Below, one piece after another: positions 12,679-25,125 of a stretch of DNA of 64,000 nt; position 1 is the first letter of the stretch, and every line of letters begins with the position of its first letter. The stretch lies in the NCBI RefSeq assembly GCF_006345805.1, contig NC_042998.1, positions 173,042,001 to 173,106,000 on the forward strand, given 5' to 3'. The position numbers and the translations under genes are program-made. Source of the stretch: Octopus sinensis (Eukaryota). The notes below the pieces were generated by a model. That model was not told where the DNA came from and did not search any database. It saw nothing but the letters and a program-made list of their open reading frames with translations.

Positions 12679-14680
12679 AAGAAGAAGAAAAAGAATGCGG
12701 GAGTACCATGATAGTAGTAGGATGTTAAATGACTTGTTGTTGGTGATAGTAGTGATTGAATAGTAAAGTAAGGAAGTAGGTGGCGAGGAAGAAGAGGACG
12801 AAGAAGAAGAAGGGGAAAGAGAAGAGAGAATAATAAAGTATGCAGGTGGTATGATAGTTGTAGGATATTAAATGGCCACGTGACGTAAAACTGATTCGTT
12901 ATGGATTATAGCAGTGATTGAGACTGCTTTTTAATGAATTCGTGTGAATCTCTCGAATGTATCATTTTTAATATTTGTGTGTGTGTGTTTGTGTTATTCT
13001 AAGGCCGTGGTAGATATGTCGTTTGTTGTAGATTCGATCTAAAGGGGTCTGTATTTTGTAACAAAGAGAGTCTCAACTAATTCGTGGGCTACATGTATCA
13101 TCCGTGAACTGATAGAGGGGACAAAAATTCTGAAGCTTGGATTTTTGTTATTGGCACAAACGTCAGTGTATTGGCTGAATGCTATTTTTCTGTTTGGGGG
13201 AATTTTGATCTGGGATTTGTGCAGTGCCATTCGTGTTTTGTTTGGCCTATGTATTGCTCTTGACACCCAGAGCAGGTTAGTGCGTATACCAGGTTCTCCG
13301 AAACACATGTGCAGCTGCTTTTCACTGTGAAACGTTGTCCTTGTTTGAAGGAGAACTCTGATCCCTCAATTAAATTGACGCATTTCCCACAGTTGTGTCT
13401 TATGCATTTTTTTACTGACGGCTTCTGTGTTGTTGAGCGTATTAGGAGACTGTTAGGAGCGTATTAGGAGCATATTAGGAGCGTGTTAGGAGACTTTTCA
13501 AAGATTTGGGTTGTCTCTTGCTTTTTATGATGGCGTGTGTTTGGAGGATGAAGTTCATTCTGTGGTCCTTTTTTAGAAGGGGAATGTTTTGTAGGCTGGT
13601 GTTGAAGGCTTCATTGTGAAGAGGGTTGTGTGTGGAGATGCATAGTAGGGCTTTTGGTTATAAATCCTTCTTTAATTTGGGATGTTTGAGTTCGTGGATG
13701 TAGAGTTGTAGGGCACGTTAAAAGCATATGTCAATTGTTGTAGGTGGGTAGTTCCTTGTGATGAGTGTATCCTTTAGTTCATGTAGTCGTGTGTCTCTGG
13801 TGCTTGCATTAGAAACTATAGTACATATTCTTTTTGCTAGGTTGAAGGGGATATTCATTTTGGTGTGTCTGGGGTGGCATGAGTTGAACGATTGATATTG
13901 CTTGGACTCCGTGGGTATAGTATATATCTGTTTCTATTGCGTTATTAGATTTCTTAATGAGGATATCGAGGAAAGGGAGTTGTTGATGGGTATATTCCAT
14001 CGTGAATTGAATATTTACGTCAAGTCCGTTTATAAGTGCTTGGAATTCTTTAAGTCTCTCTATACTTTCATGCCAAAGAATGAAACAGTCATTCCGGTAT
14101 GTCTTCCAGTTATTTTCTATGTAGAGGGAGAATGGGCTGCCGTATGTTTCTGCAACCTTACGATAAAGACTAATTTCAAGATATCCCATGACTAGGTTAG
14201 CAAAGGAGGGGGCTATTCTCGTACCCATCGCAGTCCCCGATTTTTGTCGATAGAAGTTGTCTTTTTGAAGACAAAGTAGTTATTCTCCAAGATGAATTTT
14301 AGCCCTTCTATCACGAATTCTTTTCTGATGCGATGTGGCACTTCGTTGACGTAATTCTCTAACGAGAACTGAATTGCTTTTATACCTAGGTTGTTGGGGG
14401 ATATTGGAATAGAAGTTGACTAAATCGAAGGATACTAGTAGGGAGCTTCTGTTTATTGTTTCAAGAAGGTGATTGAGCATATCCAGGTCGTTCCTTATGT
14501 AGCTTTTGACATGCTTGAGGAATGGTTTTAAGAGGGTAGCTAAGCAGTTACTGAGAAGTGGGTTTTCCCATGCGGGACCTGCTATTATAGGTCTCAATTT
14601 GAGGTCATTAGGAGTAGGGACTTTGTTTAGTGAGAAAATAAGTAACGCATGCAGGATAGCCACAGACAAAATAATCAAAT
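12330..14680 (-). mobile_element. 5'-truncated Penelope-like element: RT, GIY-YIG and 3' pseudo-LTR
   Basis: LKLRPIIAGP, SFDLVNFYSNIP, MGTRIAPSFANLVMGYLE, LPFLDILI, HKSQI...TKYRP; 3' repeat at 12330-12700 contains an HHR-like motif. Confidence 0.92.
12395..12431 (-). ncRNA. Minimal type-I hammerhead-like motif, U3-A8 core (one stem II mismatch)
   Basis: cag TTGAAAA agtc tcaat gagt GAAAC cg GTA cta. Confidence 0.55.
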
Positions 14681-15035
14681 CTTCTTCTTCTTCTTCTTCT
14701 TCTTCTTCTTCTTCTTCTTCTTCTTCTTCTTCTTCTCCTCCTCCTTCTTCCTCTTCTTCTCCTCCTCCTCCCCCTCCTCCTTCTTCTTCTTCTCTGTCAA
14801 GAAATCACAACGCCATCGAACCCACAAGAGTAAACGAGAGAGACAGAGAGAGGCAGAAACAAGGAAAATGCCCCTTGTATTTGAATACAATGCAAATATT
14901 CTTTTAAAAAAACTTTTCATTTAATTTTTCCAAAATTTAATTGTTTTCCATACAGTTGAAAAAGTCTCAAAGACTGAAACCGGTACTGAAATATTTCTTA
15001 TATAATTATTCTAGTATTTTCTACCGTGATTTTTT

Positions 15036-15040
<5 letters not shown>
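14681..15040 (+). mobile_element. Inverted pseudo-LTR copy at the 5' truncation point of the PLE
   Basis: Reverse-complement paralog of 12330-12700, including the (GAA)n tract. Confidence 0.8.
14953..14988 (+). ncRNA. Minimal type-I hammerhead ribozyme, U3-A8 core
   Basis: cag TTGAAAA agtc tcaaa gact GAAAC cg GTA ctg; all three stems pair; palindromic ACCGGT stem III. Confidence 0.7.
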
Positions 15041-15115
<75 letters not shown>

Positions 15116-15206
15116 ATATAATTCGAGACAAAACCACTATTTTGCAAAACAAACAAGGAAAGACTTAATCAATACATAAAAATTTTTAATATAAAGAAAT
15201 AAACCG

Positions 15207-15249
15207 CCACTACAATCGTTTCATGTCTTCAATGACGTTCGTCAGGTGG
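15207..15249 (-). ncRNA. Type-I hammerhead ribozyme (left palindrome arm)
   Basis: Mirror copy of 15306-15348. Confidence 0.7.
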
Positions 15250-15305
15250 ATTTTCGATCTCCTAATCTGTTTTAATTTATTAAAACAGATTAGGAGATCG
15301 AAAAT

Positions 15306-15348
15306 CCACCTGACGAACGTCATTGAAGACATGAAACGATTGTAGTGG
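15306..15348 (+). ncRNA. Type-I hammerhead ribozyme, canonical core
   Basis: ccac CTGACGA acgtc attgaa gacat GAAAC gatt GTA gtgg. Confidence 0.7.
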
Positions 15349-15523
15349 CGGTTTATTTCTTTATATTAAAAATTTTTATGTATTGATTAAGTCTTTCCTT
15401 GTTTGTTTTGCAAAATAGTGGTTTTGTCTCGAATTATATTATATAATATTTTACTATAAAATTGGATTTAATCCTAAATCTGATTTTTCCCTGTAAATTT
15501 GGATTTATTCCCTAATATTTATT

Positions 15524-15554
<31 letters not shown>

Positions 15555-15685
15555 TATATAGATATATATATATATATATTATATAATATATATTATATAT
15601 ATATATGTATATATATATATATGTATATATATAATATATATATATATATAATATATATATATTATATATATATATACAAATATGT

Positions 15686-15756
<71 letters not shown>

Positions 15757-15774
15757 TATATATATATGTATGAA

Positions 15775-16140
15775 AAAACAAGTCAAAAATAGAAAATGCT
15801 AAAATATTTTATAGTGAACATTTCAGTACCGGTTTCGGTCATTTTGAGACCTTTTCAACTGTAACGATTAAATAATTAAATTTAGAAAAATTAGAAGAAA
15901 AGTTTTTTTAAAAGAATATTTCTATAGTAGTGTTCAGATTTAAGTGGCATTCTGCCTTTCTCTGACTCCCTTGTTTGCACTTGTGTGTCGGAGGTCGTTG
16001 TGAGTTCTTGGAAGGGTAGTAGAGGAAGAAGGCTGGTGGGGAAAGGGGGATGGGAGAATCTGGAGTGCCCTGATGGTCGTATTTTGAATGGTCAGTGGCG
16101 GCTGGCAGTCTCAGTTCAATTCAGGAGAATATTTATATTG
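15775..16140 (-). mobile_element. PLE 3' end/pseudo-LTR, same family as 12330-12580
   Basis: Paralogous sequence; minus-frame YKYSPELN resembles the EN C-terminus. Confidence 0.7.
15824..15861 (-). ncRNA. Minimal type-I hammerhead ribozyme, U3-A8 core
   Basis: cag TTGAAAA ggtc tcaaaat gacc GAAAC cg GTA ctg; stem II covaries with 14953 (A-T to G-C). Confidence 0.72.
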
Positions 16141-18889
16141 ACAGGCTTGTTTATAGAATTAGCGTAGGTTTATAGAATTAGCGTAGGTGTTATACTAAAA
16201 AACATTAGTGACAAAGTTAAGGGGTAGGGGGTGGAGAAGTAGAAGAAGAAGAAGAAGGAGGAGAAGGAGAAGGAGAAGGAGAAGGAGAAGATGACGATGA
16301 TGGTGGTGGTGGTGATGATTATGACGACGATGATGATGATAATGATGATGATGAAGAAGAAGGAGGAGAAGGAGAAGATATATATATGTATATAGATATA
16401 TATATGTATATATATATATACATGAATGTATGTATGTATTCAGTGTCATTATATACTTAAAATATATCCGATATATTTACTATATAGAAGACAGGAAAAT
16501 GTTCCAGCATCGTATAAAATATCGAACCTCGTGTCTGACATAAAACTTAAACATATTATCGTTACTTTCGTCCTTTTCATTCATCTACACTTCCTTGTAT
16601 CCAGCTTCCTAAAGAAGGAAGGGCGCGACAAAGATATTTACACTCGTAATTTTTCATCCTGCGATAAACTAATAATTACACTTTGCACTGTGTATTCACC
16701 TTGTTTTTAAATCTATTTATATATATGTACATGCACGCACACACACACACACCACACACGCACGCACACATACACACATATACGTACAGATTTATACAAT
16801 ACGCACATGCAATCACGAACATACATAAATGAAGTTAAGGTTCCTGTGTGATAGATGTAATGTTATATTTTTCGATAGAGTATATTGTATTATTGTCTGT
16901 GGTTTCTTCACTAGTATTTGTCCTTTCAAAAGCATTACTTAAGCAGATTTGCTGTTTCGAGTAAATTGATATACAAAAATAAGCAAAATACATAGGTGAT
17001 TTTGTACGACGGTGTAATGTCTATAAACCCACCTAAATATATATATATATATATATTGATGGGTTTAGAGATACATTATTTTGCGATGTCACGTATGCAT
17101 TGTGCTGTTATTTGCTCAAAACAGTAATTCTGTTCAAGTAATCTTCCTGAAATGATTGCAGATACCGAAGAAATAATATGGGAAATAATACAATAGCCAA
17201 CATCGCAAAACCTAGCACCGTAAATTCTACAGCCATATATTTCTGTACCAAATGAGAAAAATTTGCAATTACACTAACATGTACTCACAAGCGAAGATTC
17301 CATTCAAATATAACCCATCGTATCTCTCCCCACTCCAGGTATTATACTAATGTTCTGCGAAACTGGTATTTTGGTGATAGTAACCCTATTTCTTTTGAAA
17401 TCCTTTTTGATGTTTTCAAAAGAAATAATCATATATCTCATTTGATTGGATATAAATTGACTTGCATGACAACAACAAAAAAAAAACAAAGAAAAACTCG
17501 TCAATTGCAAACGAAGCTGTTAAAGTACTTTTGCAATGTAATGGGTTTTCTTACAACCATACATAGGTTTCATTAACATAGTATCCAATTTTCTATAGTC
17601 TAATCTAATGGCAAGAAAACCTAAATAATTAAATATACTGAATGTAAAGAATTGTCTGGTGATACATATTGCAAGGCTGCAGTAATGGACAATTAAATCA
17701 AGCCTTTGTAACTAATCGTAAACATTTCAGAAATTTCAGGTATGCGTGTACTGCAAGACTGTCTTCAGAAGACATTATACTTCATGCTGACAAATAATAG
17801 AATAAGAATCTAGACCGTATTTATCAATTCAGATTCCCACTGTAGCTGATCTCTCCTTTAGGTAGTTCACTTCTTAGAACAGAAACAAATGATAATAATC
17901 AATTCTGCAACGAAATTTGACTTGTCTTTCGCTAAATGAACTAACGTGTTTCCTGCGTCAAAATATTAGCGATAACAGGTCTTTATGTAATAGAAATGAA
18001 GCCAAGATTATTATATATATTTGATGAGATTCTAATGTATTCCGATTTTCTTGTTTCATACCAAACACATCTACACTAAGAAATATATTTCCTTTAAAAA
18101 AAATCTATAGAAACAATATCTGACTAACCAGCATTGTATTTGCTACATTTGTTTTGTATTTGTTTTCAGAATAATAGTTTTCAGAAATAAATTCTTATTT
18201 TTCATTTAATGGTTGCTTTCGTTGACAAGAATCCATGCATTTGTAAATATTAAAATCAATGGCTTCTTCTATCTTGCTTGCTTTTTCTTATGAGAAAGAA
18301 CATTCAATTTAATATCTTCTTATATATTTCTAGAACATTATTTATTTGTGTTAGATTGTATTTTTCTATGGAGACAGGGAGGTACCAAAATGTATTATTG
18401 TAGCATGTTCGTAGTTTAGCTTTAAAAGGACAGTGATATGCATAAAAAGAAAATAGCTTATCTTAGAAATATAAACATATTTCAGTTACAAGGAAAACTA
18501 GGAATTCAATGATAAGTTTTAATGAATAAAGAAAAATAATTTGAACGGAGCAAACTCAAAACGTTGGTAAAACATATGACTTAACTCGAGGTACCACACA
18601 ACAGAGTCAAACTCAGAAGCATGAGATTGCACTGTAGAAGACTTGAACACATGATCATCATAGATTTACGACGATCATGCCTTTGTCTATGACCATGCTT
18701 TGAGATTTTATGGCTATATTTAGTGAGTTTGCAGAAACTGTTCCGATGATGACGATGGTGGTATTGATGTTCCCGAGAGCAAAGAAGATGATGATGATAA
18801 TAATAAGAATAATATTGATGATGATAATTATGTCGATGAAGGGAAGATGATGATGGTAACAATGGAGTGGTAGATAAGAAGATATAACT

Positions 18890-19228
18890 CAAGGATTTTC
18901 AACCACAATTTTTATCTATGGACTCTTTTGAGTATTATTTTATTTTGGTGGACCTCCATAGCCATTCTGTTTTTCAAAACAATTTATATAGATATCTTCA
19001 AAATTCCTTATTTTTATCATACATTAAATTGTGTAAGTTGGACTTTGTAAAATGTCAGAGAAAAAATGTTTCTTGCAATACATACCAGTACATACGTCTA
19101 AAGCAAAACTTTTTCAGGGGCCCTTAAAATGCTGTTGTGGATCTCCAGTTTACAATTTTGCTACGTGAAACCACAAAAATCTTACATGGACCCTCAGGGG
19201 CTATGTGGACCCCGGTTGAGAACAACTG
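18890..19228. mobile_element. hAT-type MITE with 15-bp TIRs and 8-bp TSD
   Basis: Left caaggattttcaacc, right ggttgagaacaactg; flanks atataact and atatagct (7/8 match). Confidence 0.75.
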
Positions 19229-19971
19229 ATATAGCTAATGGTGATAGTACGTTTGCAGTATTATAAATGCACAAAATTGTAGTTATAAGATTGTTGTTTC
19301 TGATGCTTCGGTCAGCTGAACTCGTACACAGAACAAAGTACTGAAAATGTTCCAGTTTTGTTATTCTGGTTACGCATTTGTCTTTGCAACTCACTCTGGC
19401 TATCTGTTTGTGCTTTTCTTTACTTAGTCGTGATTCGCAGCCATGACCAAATAGTTTGTATTACACTTTTGTTAATAGGTTTAGGTGGCTCTATACTCGA
19501 TAACAGACATAATCACTGTCTCGTCCACCCCATCCTTCACCCAGAAGAACATCGTTGTTGTCACAGCTGGAGGAAGACAGAGCTGCATTGGCATAAAACT
19601 GCTACTCATTTTCTGCGAAGTGGACTGGAGCAATGTGAAATTATGTACTTTGGCCAATGACAAAACCTACCGTTCGATCCTGAAATCGAACCTACAAAAT
19701 TGTAATCATAAACCCAACGCTTTAACCATTAGGCCTAAGTAGAGTACCTTTACATAGACGTAATATCGCCGAATGGTTAAAACGTTTCTTTGCAATCATG
19801 TGAGCTAGCTTTTGATATATCAGTTGAATCTAAAACAAACATGAGGATTTTGTCTTCATGTTTATGAGCGTGAGATAAGATGAAGTATAAGATAACTCCG
19901 CATACAAACAGAGATGATTATAAGAGTGGAATGCAAAAGCTTAGATTGGGATTTGGATATAAACTGGATGG

Positions 19972-20025
<54 letters not shown>

Positions 20026-20082
20026 GCGTGTGTGTGTGTGGTGTGTGTGTGTGTGTGTTTCCTTGATACGAGGTTAGTAAAA

Positions 20083-20693
20083 GTGTGTCGCTTAAGAATA
20101 TATAGTATTTGCGAGTGGAGATAGCTTTCGTCACTAGTTGATGATTGTCTCACACTGAGGACGGTTTGTGTGAGTATCACTTAAGGCTAGAGTTGGGAGC
20201 GATGACCTCCCTTACAAACACTATATACCGACACGGACTGTATGTCGTCAGCCAGCTGGAAAAGATATTTCCCTGGGGCTAAAACAACAGTAGCAACGTC
20301 TTTTACAGGAATGCCACGTTATGTTGGCATATAAACATTGCTATCCGGTACTGTTACTGTATTTCTCTTGCTCAGAGAAATAAAACACGTTTTTCTCGGT
20401 ATTAGATCACAGACTGTGTGTTCCTTAAAGAATATATAGTATTTGAGAGTAGAGATAGCTTTCATCAGTAGCTGGTGATTGTCTCACACTGAGGACGGAT
20501 AACATCGAGAAACCTAGGTGTGTGAGTATCACGTAAGGCTAGTGATGGGAGCGATGACCTCCCTTGCAAATGCTATATACAGACACATACTGTGTACCAT
20601 TAGCCAGTTGGGAAAAATATTTTCCTGGGGTTAAAACAAGAGTAGCATCGTCCTTTACAGGAATGCATAGTTATGTCGGCATATAAGCAATAC
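20083..20693 (+). repeat. Diverged tandem dimer (~335-350-bp period) with a decayed HHR in unit 2
   Basis: Unit 1 ~20083-20343, unit 2 ~20415-20693; 20483-20526 reads ctcaca CTGAGGA cggataacatcga GAAAC ctag GTG tgtgag. Confidence 0.8.
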
Positions 20694-20860
20694 TATATAT
20701 ATATATATATTTGTTCCACGTCCTCGCGTTGTTGTGTTTTCTCTTTGTTCATGTTTGGATTAACTATATATATAAATATATATCCCGAAGTCGCTGACCT
20801 AAAGCCAACGTTTAAAGTCAACTCCATATATATATGCATATTTACACGCACACACGCACA

Positions 20861-20951
20861 CACCTTGGGCAAGTGTCTTCTACTATAAACTCGGGCTGAC
20901 CAAAGTCTTTGAGTGGATTTGGTAGACGGAAACTGAAAGAAGCCCGTCGTA

Positions 20952-20990
<39 letters not shown>

Positions 20991-21218
20991 GTGTGTGTGT
21001 TTGTGTGTGTTTGTGTGTCTGTGTTTGTCCTCCTGCATCGCTTGACAACCGATGTTGATGTGTTTACGTCCCCGTAACATACCAGTTCGGCAAAAGAGAC
21101 CGATAGAATAGGTACTAGGCTTACAAAGAATAAGTCCTGGGGTCGATTTGCTCGACTAAAGGTGGTGCTCCAGCATGGCCACAGTCAAATGACGGAAACA
21201 AGTAAAAGAGTAAAAGAG
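20861..21218 (+). mobile_element. SINE family C, 5'-truncated
   Basis: caccttgggcaagtgtcttctactat...gctccagcatggccacagtcaaatgacggaaacaagtaaaagag; internal microsatellite. Confidence 0.9.
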
Positions 21219-21219
21219 A

Positions 21220-22670
21220 TACCCGCACACACGCTCACACACACTCCCACATACACACACGCACAAAAAAGGTTCATATACGCGTCTATATACGCGCATG
21301 CACAAGTAAAAACCGTGAAAAGCAAAATAGAGAAAAATGTGTAAAAAATAAAGCAATAAGAATATGTAGATAAAGGAGTAAAATTGCTCATAGCAATCGC
21401 GTATGCGCGCATATGTATACATACACATGCGCGTACGCACACCTACGTTCATGTACCTATATGCATATGGACATTCACACTCGCTTAAAACACACACATG
21501 CGCACCCACACGTACGCTAAAATAATATATAATACATAAACATATCCGCACACACGTACACACACGCGCGTGCACAAAAAATTCATATACACGTCTACAT
21601 ACGCACATATACAGGGTGAAAGGTAAAATACATAAAAACATGTAAAAAAATATATGAGCATTAAAAGTTTTTTTAAATATATCTCTATAAATATGTAAAA
21701 AAAAAATATGCAAAAAATATATAAGAAATATAAGTAAAAAGTTTAGCGAGAAAAAAGCTTGTACGTGGATACAATATAGAAAGCAAGTTCTATTTGTGAT
21801 CTCGTGGGGACCAAAAACGTAACAAATATTTAGCAGCATAGGAACATGATCCGAAAAGTTCAGTTTTTGAATTTAGACCCTGCTTTTCCAAATGAGCCAT
21901 CTTTCCATATCGCAAAGACCGCACTTTCCACTGCCGTTGGTGGAGGGCTTACACTCGGTTAAGATCTTACAATGGATGTTGTAACTGGAACCTTTATCAT
22001 TTAAGGACCTTATATGACTGGATAATTTGGTCGTTTTCCTTTTATCACACATACCTGAAGCTCAAGGTGTGATTATTGAGCCTGGCCTTGAAATTACCCT
22101 CTGTAAGGCCCACGTATTTCTTCGTGGAAACCGTGTCTACGATAGCTTCATAAATGATGGTCTCGGACATGCAAGCTCCATTTAGCGGGCACAATTTTTT
22201 TATCCTTGCATGAACAACTGGTTTCATTTTATGGTTTTGTGTATTGTGTGCGATTATATTTTTTAAAATAGTAGTTGAGCTGAAACTGACTTTTAAGTTA
22301 TGTCTATTGAAGAGCTTTCTGTAACTATGGTTGACTGGAAAATGCCTATCTATCAGTGCTGATAAATATTTACCTCTATTAAAGGTCACTTCGAGGGAGT
22401 AGGGGGTGTGAACCAGATAGTTTTCCAATTCCTATGTTTTCTTTTCTTTATTACTAGACTGGTGGCAGGTGTATAGGTTATTTCCTCGCTAAATCCGCTA
22501 TCCCTTATGGGGGGATGGCAGGAACTTACATTAATATAACTAAGTCTATCGTTGGGTTTCCTATAAGGTTTATATATATTCTTATTTAGATCTACGAAAA
22601 TATCCAGGAAATTGACAACCGTCAGATTGGTATCTGTAGTTATGCTAAGACCGAAAGTTTTCATTAATTG
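21220..22670 (-). mobile_element. Penelope-like element (second subtype): RT C-terminus, GIY-YIG and 3' UTR
   Basis: VVNFLDIFVDL..YKPYRKPND, HFPVNH..KLFNRHNLKVSFS, CPLNGAC...IIYEA...YVGLTEGNFKARLNNH, TKLSSHI...KCGLC. Confidence 0.9.
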
Positions 22671-22715
22671 GATAATGAGCGTGTGTACGGGTATATATAT
22701 ATATATATATATATA

Positions 22716-23098
22716 CTAGCAGTATCGCCCGGCGTTGCTCAGGTTTGTAAGGGAAATAACTATAAAGCATTTTTAGAGAGTTATAGCCAAAAAATAGCAA
22801 AAAAATGGAAAAAAAATGATGGTAAATTTTTTTGAGAGTTAAAAAAGGTGGAGTTGCGTCCCCTAGACGGTCTGTGGTTTGGGTTTCTGATTCTCGACCC
22901 CATGTCGAATTTATCGATTTTTTTCAGAACTGGGGGAACTTTTCAAAATTTTCGCTGCGTTAGTTTTCAATTATGACATTGGGCTATGTGTGTGTCAAGT
23001 TTCATCAGAATCGGTTGAAAGCCGTGGTCAGGGTGAGGGTACAACCTAACAGACACACAGAAACACACACAGACAAACTGCCGTTTATATATAGAGAG
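22716..23098 (-). mobile_element. Non-autonomous Helitron
   Basis: Minus strand starts tctctatatataa and ends with hairpin cctgagcaacgccggg then CTAG followed by T. Confidence 0.8.
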
Positions 23099-23536
23099 AG
23101 ATTTTTTTTTTCTGGCGAATGTGTGGGTGCGCATGTGAGTGTTTCAAGTGAGTGTGGATGAGCATATGCATATAGGCACATATACGTGGGTGTGCGGACG
23201 CGCATGTGTATGTATGGACATGCGCGCTTATGAGCATTTTTACTCCTTTACCTTTTACTCCCTCCCCTTATTTAGCGGTCATTCTAATAGCTCTTTTGTC
23301 TTAATAACGCTCAATCACAAAGTAATTTCTCTTTGTTTAACTGTCATTTTCATAGCATTGTTTGATGGCCCGATGACTGAAGAGATGCCGGTGCGGTTTT
23401 TCGCCCCGACATCCAAAACTCAAAGTATTAACATGGCCACCGAATAATTGTCACATATTATATTTACAGATAAAGTCGTCTATTTACATAATGTCGAGGT
23501 CTCTTTCATTTTTTGTTGTCTTACCATTGCTCTCAA

Positions 23537-23720
<184 letters not shown>

Positions 23721-23738
23721 ATATATATATTGTATTAG

Positions 23739-23801
<63 letters not shown>

Positions 23802-24719
23802 GGGTTATGAGAAGTAATGGAGTCAATAAGACCCAAAAATGTCAGGTAATGCTAAGTGCTATGGACAGACTATAGTTAAGTTCTAGGATCGGTGATTATG
23901 CGAATGAGGATTCCAACGTAGGTCTTGCATCAGCATGTAAGACCTTCTATTTATAAATGTTCTAAAATCTTTCACACCCTTGGATTTTTATCTCATTCTG
24001 AAAATATATAAATATATATACTCATACACACATACATATATACATACATAGATACATAGATACATACATACATACATACATATATAACACATATATATAT
24101 ATATTTTTTTTTTTTCTGGCGAATGTAAAATGAAATGCGTGTGAAAGCGCATGAGTTAGTTATTACAGTTTTCAGTTTGCAATCTTAAGTTTATGGATTC
24201 GATTCTTATTACCGTACAGTGCATTTATTTATTTCTCTCTCAACTACAGGACCATCTACAATGGTTAGCGAAAGAGTTGTACAAACTCCCAGGTCATACA
24301 TACTTTGGAGTTATTGCTTAGCTTTATACATACACATACATACAAACACAGACACACACACACATACACACACACGCACACAAATACACATGCACGCACA
24401 CACGCACTTCACACACACACACACACACACACACAGGATAAAATGTTAGCTGATTGCTATTCATGACTATTCATATTACGTCGTCGTTGATCCAAGAGAC
24501 GTATCTCCAGAATCCAAGGTTTTCAGGACAAGAGACTTTTTAACAGACAGATAAAGATTCACCATATCAAACTGCTGAACCAGCAAAAAGCTTTGTTCGC
24601 AATACAGTGACTTTGTATCTCCATTGGACTAATACCGATTAGATATTTAATTTAATCATTCTTGCGCAGCTTTAGCTGCAGCTTTCGAGTTGCATAGAGG
24701 GTAATAGACGTTATGGAGA

Positions 24720-25125
24720 AAAGCCTCCACAAAAGGGTAGAAATAAAACACTGGATGACTTCTGCGACCATATACAAAATTTCCCTTATGCATCCAATAA
24801 ACGAAAATTTAATCCGAACATCGACAATCTAGAATGGAAAAAATCTAATAGAATTACAAAGCGACAAAGACCTAGCAATTAAAGAAGCAGACAAAGGAAG
24901 TGCTGTAGTTCTGATGGACACAGAATACTATAAAAACTAGTATTATCCATACTAGAAAACGAGGCCGTCTACGAAAAAGTTAGAAAAAGTTATAAACTAT
25001 AAACTACAAAAAACAATGAAAAATCTTCTTGCATCCTTAATTCTTCTACATGGAAAAGACCTGACAGAAAAAGAAACAGACTACATCACGAACATCAAAG
25101 GTAAACCCAGTCTTTTTTACATATA
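24720..25125 (+). mobile_element. PLE N-terminal pre-RT fragment
   Basis: PPQKGRNKTLDDFC..., DLAIKEADKGSAVVLMDTEYY, LTEKETDYITN. Confidence 0.8.

Larger units (their letters stand above)
15110..15530. mobile_element. Palindromic PLE-derived element, perfect 167-bp arms (15110-15276/15279-15445) plus ~85-bp tail
   Basis: Arms checked base by base, 2-nt loop; paralog at 36366-36780; flanked by (TA)n. Confidence 0.9.

Noticed and set aside
16149-16187. 19-bp tandem duplication tttatagaattagcgtagg
   Set aside because: No element lies between the copies, so it is not a TSD; simple slippage.
19358-19742. Overlapping ORFs on both strands around a GC-richer patch
   Set aside because: No domain recognised, and the region ends in a decayed tRNA-SINE head; no consistent splice frame.
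24495-24540. Possible decayed hammerheads at ~24500 (-), ~26780 (+) and ~39455 (+)
   Set aside because: GAAA is mutated or deleted, or stem I is absent; cannot be separated from chance in AT-rich DNA.
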